Below, piece after piece: positions 20,045 through 29,462 of a stretch of DNA of 64,000 bases (its first letter is position 1; each line of letters starts with the position of its first letter). The stretch spans positions 1,152,001 to 1,216,000 of the forward strand of contig CAXXVL010000002.1 of NCBI GenBank assembly GCA_963667845.2, read 5' to 3'. The DNA comes from Smithellaceae bacterium. Lineage in GTDB: Bacteria; Desulfobacterota; Syntrophia; Syntrophales; Smithellaceae. Made by a program: the position numbers and the translations under genes. Below the pieces are notes generated by a model, which saw only the letters and a program-made list of their open reading frames with translations, searched no databases and was not told the origin of the DNA.

Positions 20045-20413
20045 ATGACAACATTATTAACGATCATACACATTATAGCCTGTATTACGTTGATATTAAT
20101 CGTCTTGCTTCAGGCAGGCAAGGGAGCAAATATGGGCGCCGCTTTCGGCGGCTCAAGCCAAACCGTCTTCGGTTCCAGCGGCGCGGGAACTTTTCTCGGA
20201 AAAATGACGGCAGCCGTAGCGATCATATTCATGCTGACGTCAATTTCATTAACCTATACGGCAACCAAGAGAACGTCAGGATTGATGGAAGGGGTATCGA
20301 CTCCCGGAACTCGGCAGACAATTCCGGTATCTCCGAAACCTGCCGCGCCGCCTGCAGCGCCGACCAATGTGCCGGGCACGGCGAAAACACCGGCTGCCCC
20401 GGCAGCGAAGTAA
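20045..20413 (+). CDS. secG: Preprotein translocase subunit SecG
   Basis: LILIVLLQAGKGANMGAAFGGSSQTVFGSSG..FL.KMT; followed by tRNA-Leu(GAG), a conserved arrangement. Confidence 0.96.
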   Translation: MTTLLTIIHIIACITLILIVLLQAGKGANMGAAFGGSSQTVFGSSGAGTFLGKMTAAVAIIFMLTSISLTYTATKRTSGLMEGVSTPGTRQTIPVSPKPAAPPAAPTNVPGTAKTPAAPAAK

Positions 20414-20501
20414 AATTAGTTCTTTTCATGCCTGCGAACCGATTCCCGTTTCTTTAAAGGTCTTGAACGGAAATGTGTATCGTGTTTAATGTTCTTATGC
20501 T

Positions 20502-20587
20502 GCCGAAGTGGTGGAATTGGTAGACACGCTATCTTGAGGGGGTAGTGATCACAAGTCGTCCGGGTTCAAATCCCGGCTTCGGCACCA
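20502..20587 (+). tRNA. tRNA-Leu (anticodon GAG)
   Basis: GCCGAAG acceptor pairs with CTTCGGC-A-CCA; D-loop GGAATTGGTAGAC; anticodon arm CTATC-TTGAGGG-GGTAG; long variable arm; T-loop GGTTCAAATCC. Confidence 0.97.
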
Positions 20588-20640
20588 TTTAAATATTGCA
20601 GTTTCTGGCGACGCCTCCGGATGACTTCAAGGATGAAGGC

Positions 20641-21300
20641 ATGAAAATGACTGCACTGCGTCCCGTTCCCGCCTTTCCCCTCTGACTCTCGAAACCTTTT
20701 TTAAAAAAACTAAACCCGATAATAGAAGGCGATCGGGCCAAACAAGATCAGCGATCCGAATTTATTGCCATCCAGACACAGAATGTCAGCCCGTCTCAGC
20801 GGGCAAAACTTTTGCCTCTCTGGTTTTACCGTCGGGGTACGGGAAGATTTTTTCGCAGCGTCTGGCGCGGATGAAAAAAGAAAACCGTCATTTGAAATCC
20901 CTGAGCGTTACCGATGAGCTTACCGGTCTTTACACCAAACGTTTCTTCAATAGGCAGCTGACGGTCGAAATCGCTCGTACGCAAAGAACCGGCGATCCCT
21001 TGCCTGTTATTTGTTGATCTGGACAACTTCAAAATCGTAAATGACACACTGGGGCATACGAAAGGCGATGAATTTGCCGCGTCTTGCACATTTAACGGAC
21101 CGGAATTCTTGCACCGCCTCGATCAGTTATTATATGAAGCAAAGAAGAAGGGAAAAGGGAAAATTGTCCGTCCGGAGATTGACGTGCTCGACACCAAAGC
21201 GGTGACCCGGGCGGAAAAAGAGATTTTGTATCATATCTTCCGGCCGGCGCCGAAAAAGAAACGAACCTGCCAAAAAGGATCAAGGAAGAAAGTTAAGGCA
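20641..21300 (+). pseudogene. Diguanylate cyclase (GGDEF) pseudogene
   Basis: LSVTDELTGLYTKRFF...EIARTQRTG, frameshift, LLFVDLDNFKIVNDTLGHTKGDEF, then jumps to LHRLDQLLYEAKKKGK; the RxGGDEF core is missing. Ends approximate. Confidence 0.8.
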
Positions 21301-21391
21301 AACAAAGATCTGAGACCTGTGGGATGCATCCCTCAAGACAGGATTATGCCGGGAGTTCATCTTGAGACAGGAGATCCCGTGATGCGCCGGA

Positions 21392-22231
21392 TCAGCCTAA
21401 TATCCGCTCAATCGCCGAGCCGTATCGTTTATATTTTTCCGGGGATAAAATATCCTGAAGACATTCCCTTTTTTGCACTAATTCGGCCAGTATATCATCC
21501 GGCAGAAACATGAATACCGCGCAGTTGGTTTCTTTGGCCTGTTCGAAGCGCCAGGCATAGAGTTTCTTGAGCAGTTCCTTTTGCTCGCGTTCCATGGCAT
21601 AGTATCCCTTAATCTTCGAGTAGCCATGCCGGTCAAATGTCCTTTCCTGCCAGGTAGCGGCGGCGATTTTGGCAAAGGCTTCTCCGGCTGCATCTTCCAG
21701 CCCTTTGGCCCGCAGATCGGCTTTCTGTCTTTCATACAGCGCAGGCAGCAGGGTTACATCCTGGACGGCGTATTCCAGCTGTTCATCGGTCATGGGGCGA
21801 TGATCCCAGCGCGAGCGCTGCATCTTTTTGCTCTTCTTCAATTCCACGCCCACGAATTCCTTGATCATTTTTTCCAATGAAAGTTGTTTGAATCCCAGAA
21901 GCATTGCCGCGCGGTGCGTATCAAAAATATTCTGGAATTCAAATCCGTAATCCCTTTTCAATAAACGGATGTCATTGTCCGCCGCATGAAGAATTTTCAC
22001 AACGGACTTGCTTTTCAAGGGTTTGACCAAAAAAGATAAATCCAGCTCAGCGGTTACATCGAGAACGTAGGTTGTCGGCGGGGCAAAAATCTGAATCAGG
22101 CAGAGTTTTTCCCTGAAATAGCGAAATGAATCATACTCCGTATCGATGCCTAAAATCGAAGCCTGTTTCAAATGCTCAGCCGCTCTCCCGGCTGCTTCCG
22201 CGGTATCCACCAGTAACCAATTCGTATTCAT
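21392..22231 (-). CDS. rnd: Ribonuclease D-like 3'-5' exonuclease with HRDC-like C-terminus
   Basis: GIDTE, LCLIQI, KILHAADNDI, FDT, SRWDHRPMT..QLEYAVQDV, LYAWR. Confidence 0.88.
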   Translation of the reverse strand: MNTNWLLVDTAEAAGRAAEHLKQASILGIDTEYDSFRYFREKLCLIQIFAPPTTYVLDVTAELDLSFLVKPLKSKSVVKILHAADNDIRLLKRDYGFEFQNIFDTHRAAMLLGFKQLSLEKMIKEFVGVELKKSKKMQRSRWDHRPMTDEQLEYAVQDVTLLPALYERQKADLRAKGLEDAAGEAFAKIAAATWQERTFDRHGYSKIKGYYAMEREQKELLKKLYAWRFEQAKETNCAVFMFLPDDILAELVQKRECLQDILSPEKYKRYGSAIERILG

Positions 22232-22402
22232 AAAGGCTACTTAGCCGAAACGGAAATTTAATGCCATATAAATGATGCGTACCGGTCGGGCCGGCCCCGC
22301 GCTACGGGGCTACCTGACTGGTTTTATTATCCTATTCTTCTTTACAAAATGTGAAGATGTGTTACGTTTAATCAAACGTCACTTAGGTGAGGCTTTTCAT
22401 TA

Positions 22403-23212
22403 ATGGTCTTAAGAAAACAATGCTTCTTTCTGATCCTGCTGATGTTTCTGGGAGGCTGCAATATGCAAAATCGATTTCTTTATTTTCCCAATGATGATCG
22501 GCCGCAGGCGGAAATGCTTGCTTCCGAAAATATGATGCTGTGGCGGGCAGAGGCGTCCGATTACCGGGGATTAATCGCCCGAGAAGGCAATCCCGCACCG
22601 CACGGAACGATCGTCCTTTTTCACGGCAATGGCGGCACGGCCTTCGACCGGGGATTCTACATGGAGCCGCTCGCGGATTTGGGTTTCCGGGTGATCCTGG
22701 CCGAATATCCGAAATATGGAGGCCGTCCGGGCAAGGTAGGAGAGAAACCATTTGTAGCTGACGGGCTGGAAACGGTTCGCCTCGCTCATGAACAATATGG
22801 AGATCCGCTCTATCTTCTGGGAGAATCTCTGGGCTGCGGCGTAGTCGCTGCCGTTGCCCAAAAGACCTCCGTGCCTGTTGCCGGGCTTATCCTCATTACG
22901 CCCTGGGATTCGCTCGCGGCTGTGGCCAAACATCTGTTTCCCTTTCTGCCGGTTAATCTGCTGCTTTCGGATAAATATGACAGTATCGCCAATCTGCAAT
23001 CCTTTAAAGGCAAGATTACCGTCGTCGGCGCAGAGCGCGATGAAATCCTTCCCATCCGGCATGCGCATAACCTGTATGCGAATTTACCCGAAGGCAGGAA
23101 GCGTATGTGGGTGATTAGTGGCGCCGGCCACAACGATTGGCCGTTTTATGCTCAGGCATCGCTTTGGAAGGAGATAACGGACTTTGTGATTGTTGAAAAA
23201 AGCAGCAAATAG
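22403..23212 (+). CDS. Alpha/beta hydrolase, probable lipoprotein
   Basis: Lipobox-like LGGC; FHGNG, nucleophile elbow GESLG, DEI, GAGHND. Confidence 0.88.
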   Translation: MVLRKQCFFLILLMFLGGCNMQNRFLYFPNDDRPQAEMLASENMMLWRAEASDYRGLIAREGNPAPHGTIVLFHGNGGTAFDRGFYMEPLADLGFRVILAEYPKYGGRPGKVGEKPFVADGLETVRLAHEQYGDPLYLLGESLGCGVVAAVAQKTSVPVAGLILITPWDSLAAVAKHLFPFLPVNLLLSDKYDSIANLQSFKGKITVVGAERDEILPIRHAHNLYANLPEGRKRMWVISGAGHNDWPFYAQASLWKEITDFVIVEKSSK

Positions 23213-23334
23213 TCTTGGGGCAAAAAGTCTATCCGTCGCCCACTAAGCTGTTTGCAATTTCCCGGCAAATCGCATATTCAGCCCCAAGAAGTTTCTCCGG
23301 AAGTTGGGTGGAGAATATTGAAGGAGGAGTTCTT

Positions 23335-24360
23335 ATTTACCGCCGAGTGACAGCATCGCGAGTGATGCGAATCAGCGCATTTTTACTCCTGTTATTTGTG
23401 CTGCTTGGCCTGGCCGCGCTTTGCCTTGGTGCAATTCCTATTGCTCCGGCCGATGTCGCCAGGGCTGTGGCCGATGCGCTCTTCGGCAGCGCACCCGTGT
23501 CTTCCCGAGAAGAGGTAATCTTGTTTTCCGTGCGCCTGCCGCGGATTCTCTTTGCCGGAATTGTGGGGGCATCGCTGTCTTTGGGCGGCGTCGTCTTTCA
23601 GGCGCTCCTGCGTAATCCGCTCGCCGATCCTTATGTGCTGGGCATTTCCGGCGGTTCCGCACTGGGTGCGATTATCGGCATTGTTCTGGGCGTGAGTTCC
23701 TTCTATCTGGGTGTCCCGTTTCTGGCTTTCTGCGGCGCACTTGTCACCGTTTTTCTGGTATTTATCGTGGCGGGGGGATCGCGGGGACTCCTCCTGGACA
23801 ACACGCTGCTCCTGGCCGGTGTGGTGGTCAATTCTTTTTTTTCAGCGGCAATTCTCTTTGCCCTGTCCATCGTGAATAGTATGGAACTGCATAGCATCAG
23901 CTTCTGGCTGATGGGCGATCTTTCCGGTGCAGCCGGAAAAGAGATCGCGTTTGCCGCACTTAGCCTGATGGTTTGCTTTGTCATCCTCTACGCGCAGGCA
24001 CGCAAGCTCAACCTGATCGTGCAGGGTGAAGATACGGCCCTGCAGCTGGGCGTCAATGTGAGGACGACGAAGTACATTTTGTTGATTGTGACGTCACTGA
24101 TGACGTCGGCTGCCGTATCCCTGGCGGGTATTATCGGTTTTGTGGGCATCATGGTGCCGCATATGATGCGCCTGGTTTTCGGCTCCGATCACCGATTGCT
24201 TTTGCCTGCGGCGGCGCTCTTCGGCGCTTCGTTTATGGTGGTGGCCGATACGCTCGCGCGGATTGTCCTCACGCCCGCGGAGTTGCCGGTCGGGGTGATT
24301 ACGGCTCTTTGCGGCGCACCCTATTTTATTTTTCTCATGAGAAGAAAGGGCCGCGGGTAA
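23335..24360 (+). CDS. btuC: Cobalamin/iron-chelate ABC transporter permease (BtuC/FecCD); probable ATT start
   Basis: VRLPRIL, QALLRNPLADPYVLGISGGSALG, GIIGFVG, ELPVGVITALCGAPYF; first ATG is at 23365. Confidence 0.9.
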   Translation: MYRRVTASRVMRISAFLLLLFVLLGLAALCLGAIPIAPADVARAVADALFGSAPVSSREEVILFSVRLPRILFAGIVGASLSLGGVVFQALLRNPLADPYVLGISGGSALGAIIGIVLGVSSFYLGVPFLAFCGALVTVFLVFIVAGGSRGLLLDNTLLLAGVVVNSFFSAAILFALSIVNSMELHSISFWLMGDLSGAAGKEIAFAALSLMVCFVILYAQARKLNLIVQGEDTALQLGVNVRTTKYILLIVTSLMTSAAVSLAGIIGFVGIMVPHMMRLVFGSDHRLLLPAAALFGASFMVVADTLARIVLTPAELPVGVITALCGAPYFIFLMRRKGRG

Positions 24361-25136
24361 TGTCGATCATCAGTGCTAAGAGTATTTCTTTTCGCTACAC
24401 GGATAAACCCGTGCTCGAAGATGTCTCGTTTGAGCTGGACGACGCGCGGATTGTCGCAGTGATCGGGCCCAACGGCTCCGGCAAAACCACGCTGCTCAGG
24501 ATGCTGAATGCGACGCTCTTTCCGAATGCGGGACAGGTTCTCGTCTGCGGCAAAGACACGCGCCGCTGGTCGCGCCAGGAAATCGCCCGGGCCGTTGCGA
24601 TTGTCCCGCAGGAGTCGCACGCTATTTTCCCTTTTTTCGCTGAAGAAATCGTCCTGATGGGGCGGTTTCCCTACCTGCGTTCTCTGGCGTTTGAAGACAA
24701 GAAAGATTACCGGATCGTGGAGGACGTGATGGCCAGGACGGATTCCCTTTCGTTCGCCCATCGCCGCTTCAATGAACTCTCGGCGGGGGAGCGGCAGCGT
24801 GTGCTGATTGCCCGAGCCCTGGCGCAGGAGCCGAAAATCCTGCTTCTGGATGAAAGTACGGTTTTCCTGGATTTAAAGCATCAGGCGAAGTTTCTATCTT
24901 TACTTAAAGAACTCAACCGCGAACAGCATTTGACGGTTATTTTCGTGACCCATGACGTCAATCTGGCCGCACAGAATGCCGACCAGATTCTTCTGCTTTA
25001 CAATGGGAAAAAATATGCTATAGGAACTCCCGCGGACGTTTTGACCGCGCAGAACATCAAAGAGGTTTACGACGTTGAGGTCGGGATCGATCAAAATCCC
25101 CATGACGGATCGCCCCGAGTGACATTGTTGACCTGA
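24360..25136 (+). CDS. btuD: Cobalamin/iron-chelate ABC transporter ATPase
   Basis: Walker A GPNGSGKTT, LSAGERQRVLIARALAQEP.ILLLDE, THD; ATG overlaps btuC stop. Confidence 0.92.
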   Translation: MSIISAKSISFRYTDKPVLEDVSFELDDARIVAVIGPNGSGKTTLLRMLNATLFPNAGQVLVCGKDTRRWSRQEIARAVAIVPQESHAIFPFFAEEIVLMGRFPYLRSLAFEDKKDYRIVEDVMARTDSLSFAHRRFNELSAGERQRVLIARALAQEPKILLLDESTVFLDLKHQAKFLSLLKELNREQHLTVIFVTHDVNLAAQNADQILLLYNGKKYAIGTPADVLTAQNIKEVYDVEVGIDQNPHDGSPRVTLLT

Positions 25137-25280
25137 TAGACTGTCCTTAAAAGGAAGCCGGTTAAAGTCCGGCGCTGCCCCGCAACTGTAAGCGGAACGA
25201 AATCCACAAAATGCCACTGACGCCTGACGTCGGGAAGGCGTGGAGAGTAGGTTGCCGCAAGCCAGGATACTTTATGGATC
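25098..25280 (+). ncRNA. Cobalamin riboswitch
   Basis: Conserved blocks AAAAGGAAgccGGTtaAAgtCCggcgCtGCCCCGCAACTGTAA, GCCACTG, GGGAAGGc, and B12 box AAGCCAGGAtAC, directly upstream of btuB. 5' boundary uncertain. Confidence 0.92.
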
Positions 25281-25321
25281 GTCTCACTTACTTTAATCCC
25301 GAGGGGGAGAGGAGAAGCTCC

Positions 25322-27424
25322 ATGAAGAAAATTGCACAATCCGTTGTCGTCTTTATTTTTTCCCTTTTAGTCCTTGTCATGACTACAGTCAGTTTCGTAT
25401 TCGCGGCCCGGGAGGGCGTCTCTCCCGATGATGCGATCGTGATGGAAACGGTTGTTGTGACCGCTACAAAAACCCCGGCGAAGCGAAGGGATATTCCGAA
25501 CGCCGTGATCATTGTCGATAAAAAGGACATCCAGGCATCCGGCGCCCGCAGTATTGGAGAATTACTGGCCAATGAGCCGGGTATCGATTGGCAGACCTAC
25601 GGCGATTACGGCGGCGCCACCCAGGAGATCCACATCCGCGGAATGCGCGGGAACGCCACTCAGGTTTTAATCAACGGCGTTGTCGTCAATTCGCCTTCTT
25701 GGGGAATTGCCGACGTGAGCAAAATTCCTCTCGACAACATCGAGAGGATCGAGGTCATCAAAGGGTCCGGTTCCGTGCTTTATGGATCGGGCGCCATGGC
25801 CGGGACGGTCAATGTGATTACCAAGGGACCGAGGCGAGATAAAGTGGATCTGAAAGTCGGCGCCGGTTATGGTTCGCAAAATACCTATCGCATGGCTGCG
25901 GAAAACGGGATGTTCGTAGCCGGCGATTTTGGCTATTATCTGACCGCCGGCAGAACCGAAACGGACGGCTTTCGGGATAACGGCTATCTGAGGCAAAATG
26001 ATGCTTCGCTGAAGCTGCTTCTGGATAAGCGAGATCTGGTACAAATCAGTCTGTACGGAGATTATATCTACAGAACCTACGGCATGCCGGGCGTCCGGCC
26101 GCCGGCGGGCACGCGGGACTATTCGATTGACGGGGAGACGTTTTACAACAGCGAGTCGGCGACTCTCACGGATCATGGCGGCGATAAAGACGGACATGTC
26201 GTCCTGGAGGCAAAGGGCGTTCCCTCCGAGTGGTTCGGGTATGACGCGAAGGGGTATTACACGCACATGGATAATTACATCTTTGCGCGCTGGCCATCCT
26301 TCGGTACGGCATCGGGATTGGAAAGCTGGGTGACCAATCAGGTAATCGGGACGGATGCTCACCTGAATATCTATCCCTTTGCGGGAGCGAAACTACTTGT
26401 CGGAGGCGAATATAAAAACTTTGACTGGGCGTATGAGGCTTTTACACTGGATGGCGGTGGCCATCAGACGGTCAGAACAACCAAGGACGCCAATATATTT
26501 ACCAAGGGCTTCTTCACAGAGGCCGAGTACAGACCCTCTCAGTATGTAAAGGCTTTAGCGGGGTTCAGACATGAAATCCATTCCGCTTTCGGCTCGGAAA
26601 ATCTGCCCTCTGTCGGTATCGTCATCAATCCGTTTAAAACAACGGCTCTGAAGTTTAACCATGGAAAGCACTTCCTCGCGCCCACGCCGAACGACCTTTA
26701 CTGGCCGGCCGATCCGTATAACAGGGGCAATCCCGATCTCAAACCCGAGATCGGCTGGCATACGGATGTCACGCTCGAACAATCGCTCTTGAAGGATAAG
26801 ATATTCGCGACGCTTTCTTATTTCCACTGGAACGTAGAGGATAAGATTCAGTGGGAACCGGATTTCCAGGGAGTATGGAGCCCCATCAATCTGGCCGGCT
26901 ATAAGGCGGATGGCATTGAAGCGGGGATTAAAATCGGTCCCTTCTATGATTTGTCACTGGCTCTGGGATATACGTACACGCATGCCGAGGAGGAAAACCG
27001 CGAATACACGCGGCAGGACTATACGACACCCGATTTCCAGTATACATTGGTTAAGCGGCGGGCGACGATGACGCCCGAGCACCGGTTCCGGGGCGACCTC
27101 ATCTATAGAAACAATTTCGGGTTGATGGTTATGGCAACGATGCGTTATGTGGGTGATCAGCTGGTTTACAATACAGAGACCACCGTCTATCCCGAGACCA
27201 AAACCGTCCTCTATACGCTGGGCTCATACTGGACAGCGGATCTCAGAATCGAACAGCGTCTGTATAAACACTGGGTGCTGTCACTGGCCGGCCATAACCT
27301 GTTTGACGCCAGATACGATACGCACCTGCAATCGTTCACCGATCAAACCACATTCATGACCACGATGAGCGGGTATCCGGGAGCAGGGCGATCTGTTTTC
27401 GGCAGCGTGTCCTATGAATTTTAA
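25322..27424 (+). CDS. btuB: TonB-dependent cobalamin receptor (BtuB-like)
   Basis: Signal peptide, TonB box ETVVVTA, plug IRG..VLING, IERIEVIKGSGSVLYGSGAMAGTVNVIT, C-terminal YEF; preceded by B12 riboswitch. Confidence 0.92.
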   Translation: MKKIAQSVVVFIFSLLVLVMTTVSFVFAAREGVSPDDAIVMETVVVTATKTPAKRRDIPNAVIIVDKKDIQASGARSIGELLANEPGIDWQTYGDYGGATQEIHIRGMRGNATQVLINGVVVNSPSWGIADVSKIPLDNIERIEVIKGSGSVLYGSGAMAGTVNVITKGPRRDKVDLKVGAGYGSQNTYRMAAENGMFVAGDFGYYLTAGRTETDGFRDNGYLRQNDASLKLLLDKRDLVQISLYGDYIYRTYGMPGVRPPAGTRDYSIDGETFYNSESATLTDHGGDKDGHVVLEAKGVPSEWFGYDAKGYYTHMDNYIFARWPSFGTASGLESWVTNQVIGTDAHLNIYPFAGAKLLVGGEYKNFDWAYEAFTLDGGGHQTVRTTKDANIFTKGFFTEAEYRPSQYVKALAGFRHEIHSAFGSENLPSVGIVINPFKTTALKFNHGKHFLAPTPNDLYWPADPYNRGNPDLKPEIGWHTDVTLEQSLLKDKIFATLSYFHWNVEDKIQWEPDFQGVWSPINLAGYKADGIEAGIKIGPFYDLSLALGYTYTHAEEENREYTRQDYTTPDFQYTLVKRRATMTPEHRFRGDLIYRNNFGLMVMATMRYVGDQLVYNTETTVYPETKTVLYTLGSYWTADLRIEQRLYKHWVLSLAGHNLFDARYDTHLQSFTDQTTFMTTMSGYPGAGRSVFGSVSYEF

Positions 27425-28379
27425 CGACTTCATCAGGGGCGGCAAAATGCGCAAACGGGCAGCCAATAACCGTTATGTGATGGTGGTGATTCTAGCGGCT
27501 TTGCTGGTGGCGATGTACGTCAACCTATCCTGTGCGCGTACCGTGACGGATGAAACGGGACGCCTTGTCACAGTCAGACCAGAGCCTCAGCGGATCGTAT
27601 CTCTTGCGCCCGGAATCACGGAGACTCTCTACGCCCTGGGCCTTGATGACAAAATTGTGGGCGTAACCACGTTTTGCAACTGGCCGGTCCAGGCCCGCAC
27701 CAAAACACGAATCGGCGGTTTTACGAATCCGTCTCTGGAAAAGATTGTCTCTCTGAAGCCGGATTTGATCCTGGCCACTGCTGACGGCAACAGAAAAGAG
27801 ACCGTGCAGCAACTGGAAAGAATCGGCCTGCCCGTTTATGTCACAAACCCCACGGATACACAGGGTGTTTTAAGAAGCATCGTGCATATCGGTGCAATAA
27901 CCCATCGGGAGCGGGAGGCCGAAAATATGGTGGCAAGCATCCAGAAGAGATTAGACCATATAGCACTGCAAATACGCCACAAAAGGAAGCCGCGGGTATT
28001 TTTTCAACTTGGTCTGGAACCCCTCATTACGGCCGGCAGAGGCACGCTGACCAATGAAGTCATTGAGCGGGCAGGAGGGGTGAATGTCGCCGGTCTGGAT
28101 GCAGCCAGTTATCCTCACTACAGTGCAGAGGGGATCATCGGCGCTTCCCCGGACATCATTATCTTTGCGCCGATGGTCAACGATGAAAGATTTGCCGCGG
28201 TCAAAAGATACTGGCAAAAATTCGGTGACGTGCCGGCGGTAAAAAACAATAAAATCTATCCGGTCAGCGCTGACCTGATTAATCGCGCATCACCGCGCCT
28301 TTTTGATGCCATCGAGATCATGGCGCTGATCTTCCACCCGGAGATAAGAAACCTTGACGATAGAAAGGGAAATCGATGA
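27414..28379 (+). CDS. btuF: Periplasmic cobalamin-binding protein (BtuF-like)
   Basis: TDETGR..PQRIVSLAPGITETLYALG, EKIVSLKPDLIL, PAVKNNKIY, RASPR; start may be 27447. Confidence 0.9.
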   Translation: MNFNDFIRGGKMRKRAANNRYVMVVILAALLVAMYVNLSCARTVTDETGRLVTVRPEPQRIVSLAPGITETLYALGLDDKIVGVTTFCNWPVQARTKTRIGGFTNPSLEKIVSLKPDLILATADGNRKETVQQLERIGLPVYVTNPTDTQGVLRSIVHIGAITHREREAENMVASIQKRLDHIALQIRHKRKPRVFFQLGLEPLITAGRGTLTNEVIERAGGVNVAGLDAASYPHYSAEGIIGASPDIIIFAPMVNDERFAAVKRYWQKFGDVPAVKNNKIYPVSADLINRASPRLFDAIEIMALIFHPEIRNLDDRKGNR

Positions 28380-29419
28380 ACTACCCGACGATACCACCTA
28401 TTGATGTCGAAGCCGCAAGACAGGCCCAAATGCGGCAAGGCAGCTTGACCAAGCCTCCCGGCAGCCTGGGCCGGCTGGAGGATATTTCTATCCGGCTGGC
28501 CGGGATGAAGGCCGATCCGCTCCCCGGCGTTTCCCGCAGAGCTGTGATTGTTATGGCGGCCGACCACGGGGTCGCGCTGGAAGGTGTCAGCGCCTTTCCC
28601 GCCGAAGTCACCAGGCAAATGGTCATGAATTTTCTCAGTGGCGGCGCAGCCATCAATGTGCTGGCGCGCCAGGCCGGAGCGATTGTCGCGATTGTCGATA
28701 TCGGCGTCGCTGCCGATTTTGATCCCTCCCTGCCCGGGTTACTGCAGCGAAAAGTGGCGCACGGGACGCGCAATATGGCCAAAGGTCCGGCCATGACGCG
28801 TGCCGAAGCCGAAACAGCGCTGGCCTGCGGCATGGACGTGCTGGCCTCGGTCGCCGAAAAGGGACTGGACCTGGTGGCTACGGGCGATATGGGCATCGGC
28901 AATACGACGCCGTCATCGGCCATTGTTTCCGTGATGGCCGGATTGCCGGTTGCCCAAGTCACCGGGCGCGGCACGGGGATTGATGAGGCGGGGCTGGCGC
29001 ATAAAATTAAGGTAATCGAACAGGCTATCGCTGTAAACCGGCCTGATCCGGATGATGCCTTCGATGTGCTCTGTAAAGTGGGCGGGCTGGAAATTGCCGG
29101 ACTGGCGGGTGTGATGATTGCCGCCGCGGCGCGCCGTATCCCGGTTGTGGTGGACGGATTCATCTCCACCGCTGCCGCCATGATTGCTGTCGGCCTCGTT
29201 TCGGATGTGCGACATTATCTGTTTTGTGCGCACCAATCCGTGGAGATCGGTCACCGGGCGATGCACAAGCACCTGGACCTCGCGCCGCTTTTGGATCTGA
29301 ATCTGCGTCTCGGGGAAGGAACCGGAGCCGTGCTGGCGTTTCATCTGATTGAAGCCGCGTCACTTATCCTGAAGGAAATGGCGACATTTTCCGAAGCCGG
29401 GGTCAGCGATAAAGGGTAG
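28376..29419 (+). CDS. cobT: Nicotinate-nucleotide--dimethylbenzimidazole phosphoribosyltransferase
   Basis: LTKPPGSLGRLE, AADHGV, GDMGIGNTT, VGGLEIAG, DGFI, LRLGEGTGA, MATFSEAGV. Confidence 0.96.
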   Translation: MNYPTIPPIDVEAARQAQMRQGSLTKPPGSLGRLEDISIRLAGMKADPLPGVSRRAVIVMAADHGVALEGVSAFPAEVTRQMVMNFLSGGAAINVLARQAGAIVAIVDIGVAADFDPSLPGLLQRKVAHGTRNMAKGPAMTRAEAETALACGMDVLASVAEKGLDLVATGDMGIGNTTPSSAIVSVMAGLPVAQVTGRGTGIDEAGLAHKIKVIEQAIAVNRPDPDDAFDVLCKVGGLEIAGLAGVMIAAAARRIPVVVDGFISTAAAMIAVGLVSDVRHYLFCAHQSVEIGHRAMHKHLDLAPLLDLNLRLGEGTGAVLAFHLIEAASLILKEMATFSEAGVSDKG

Positions 29420-29462
29420 AGCTCATAGCTCATAGCTTGTGGTTCAAGGATAAAGGAACGTT

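Noticed and set aside
20588..21391. Prophage or integrative element at tRNA-Leu
   Set aside because: No integrase, phage genes or duplicated tRNA 3' end were seen in the window.
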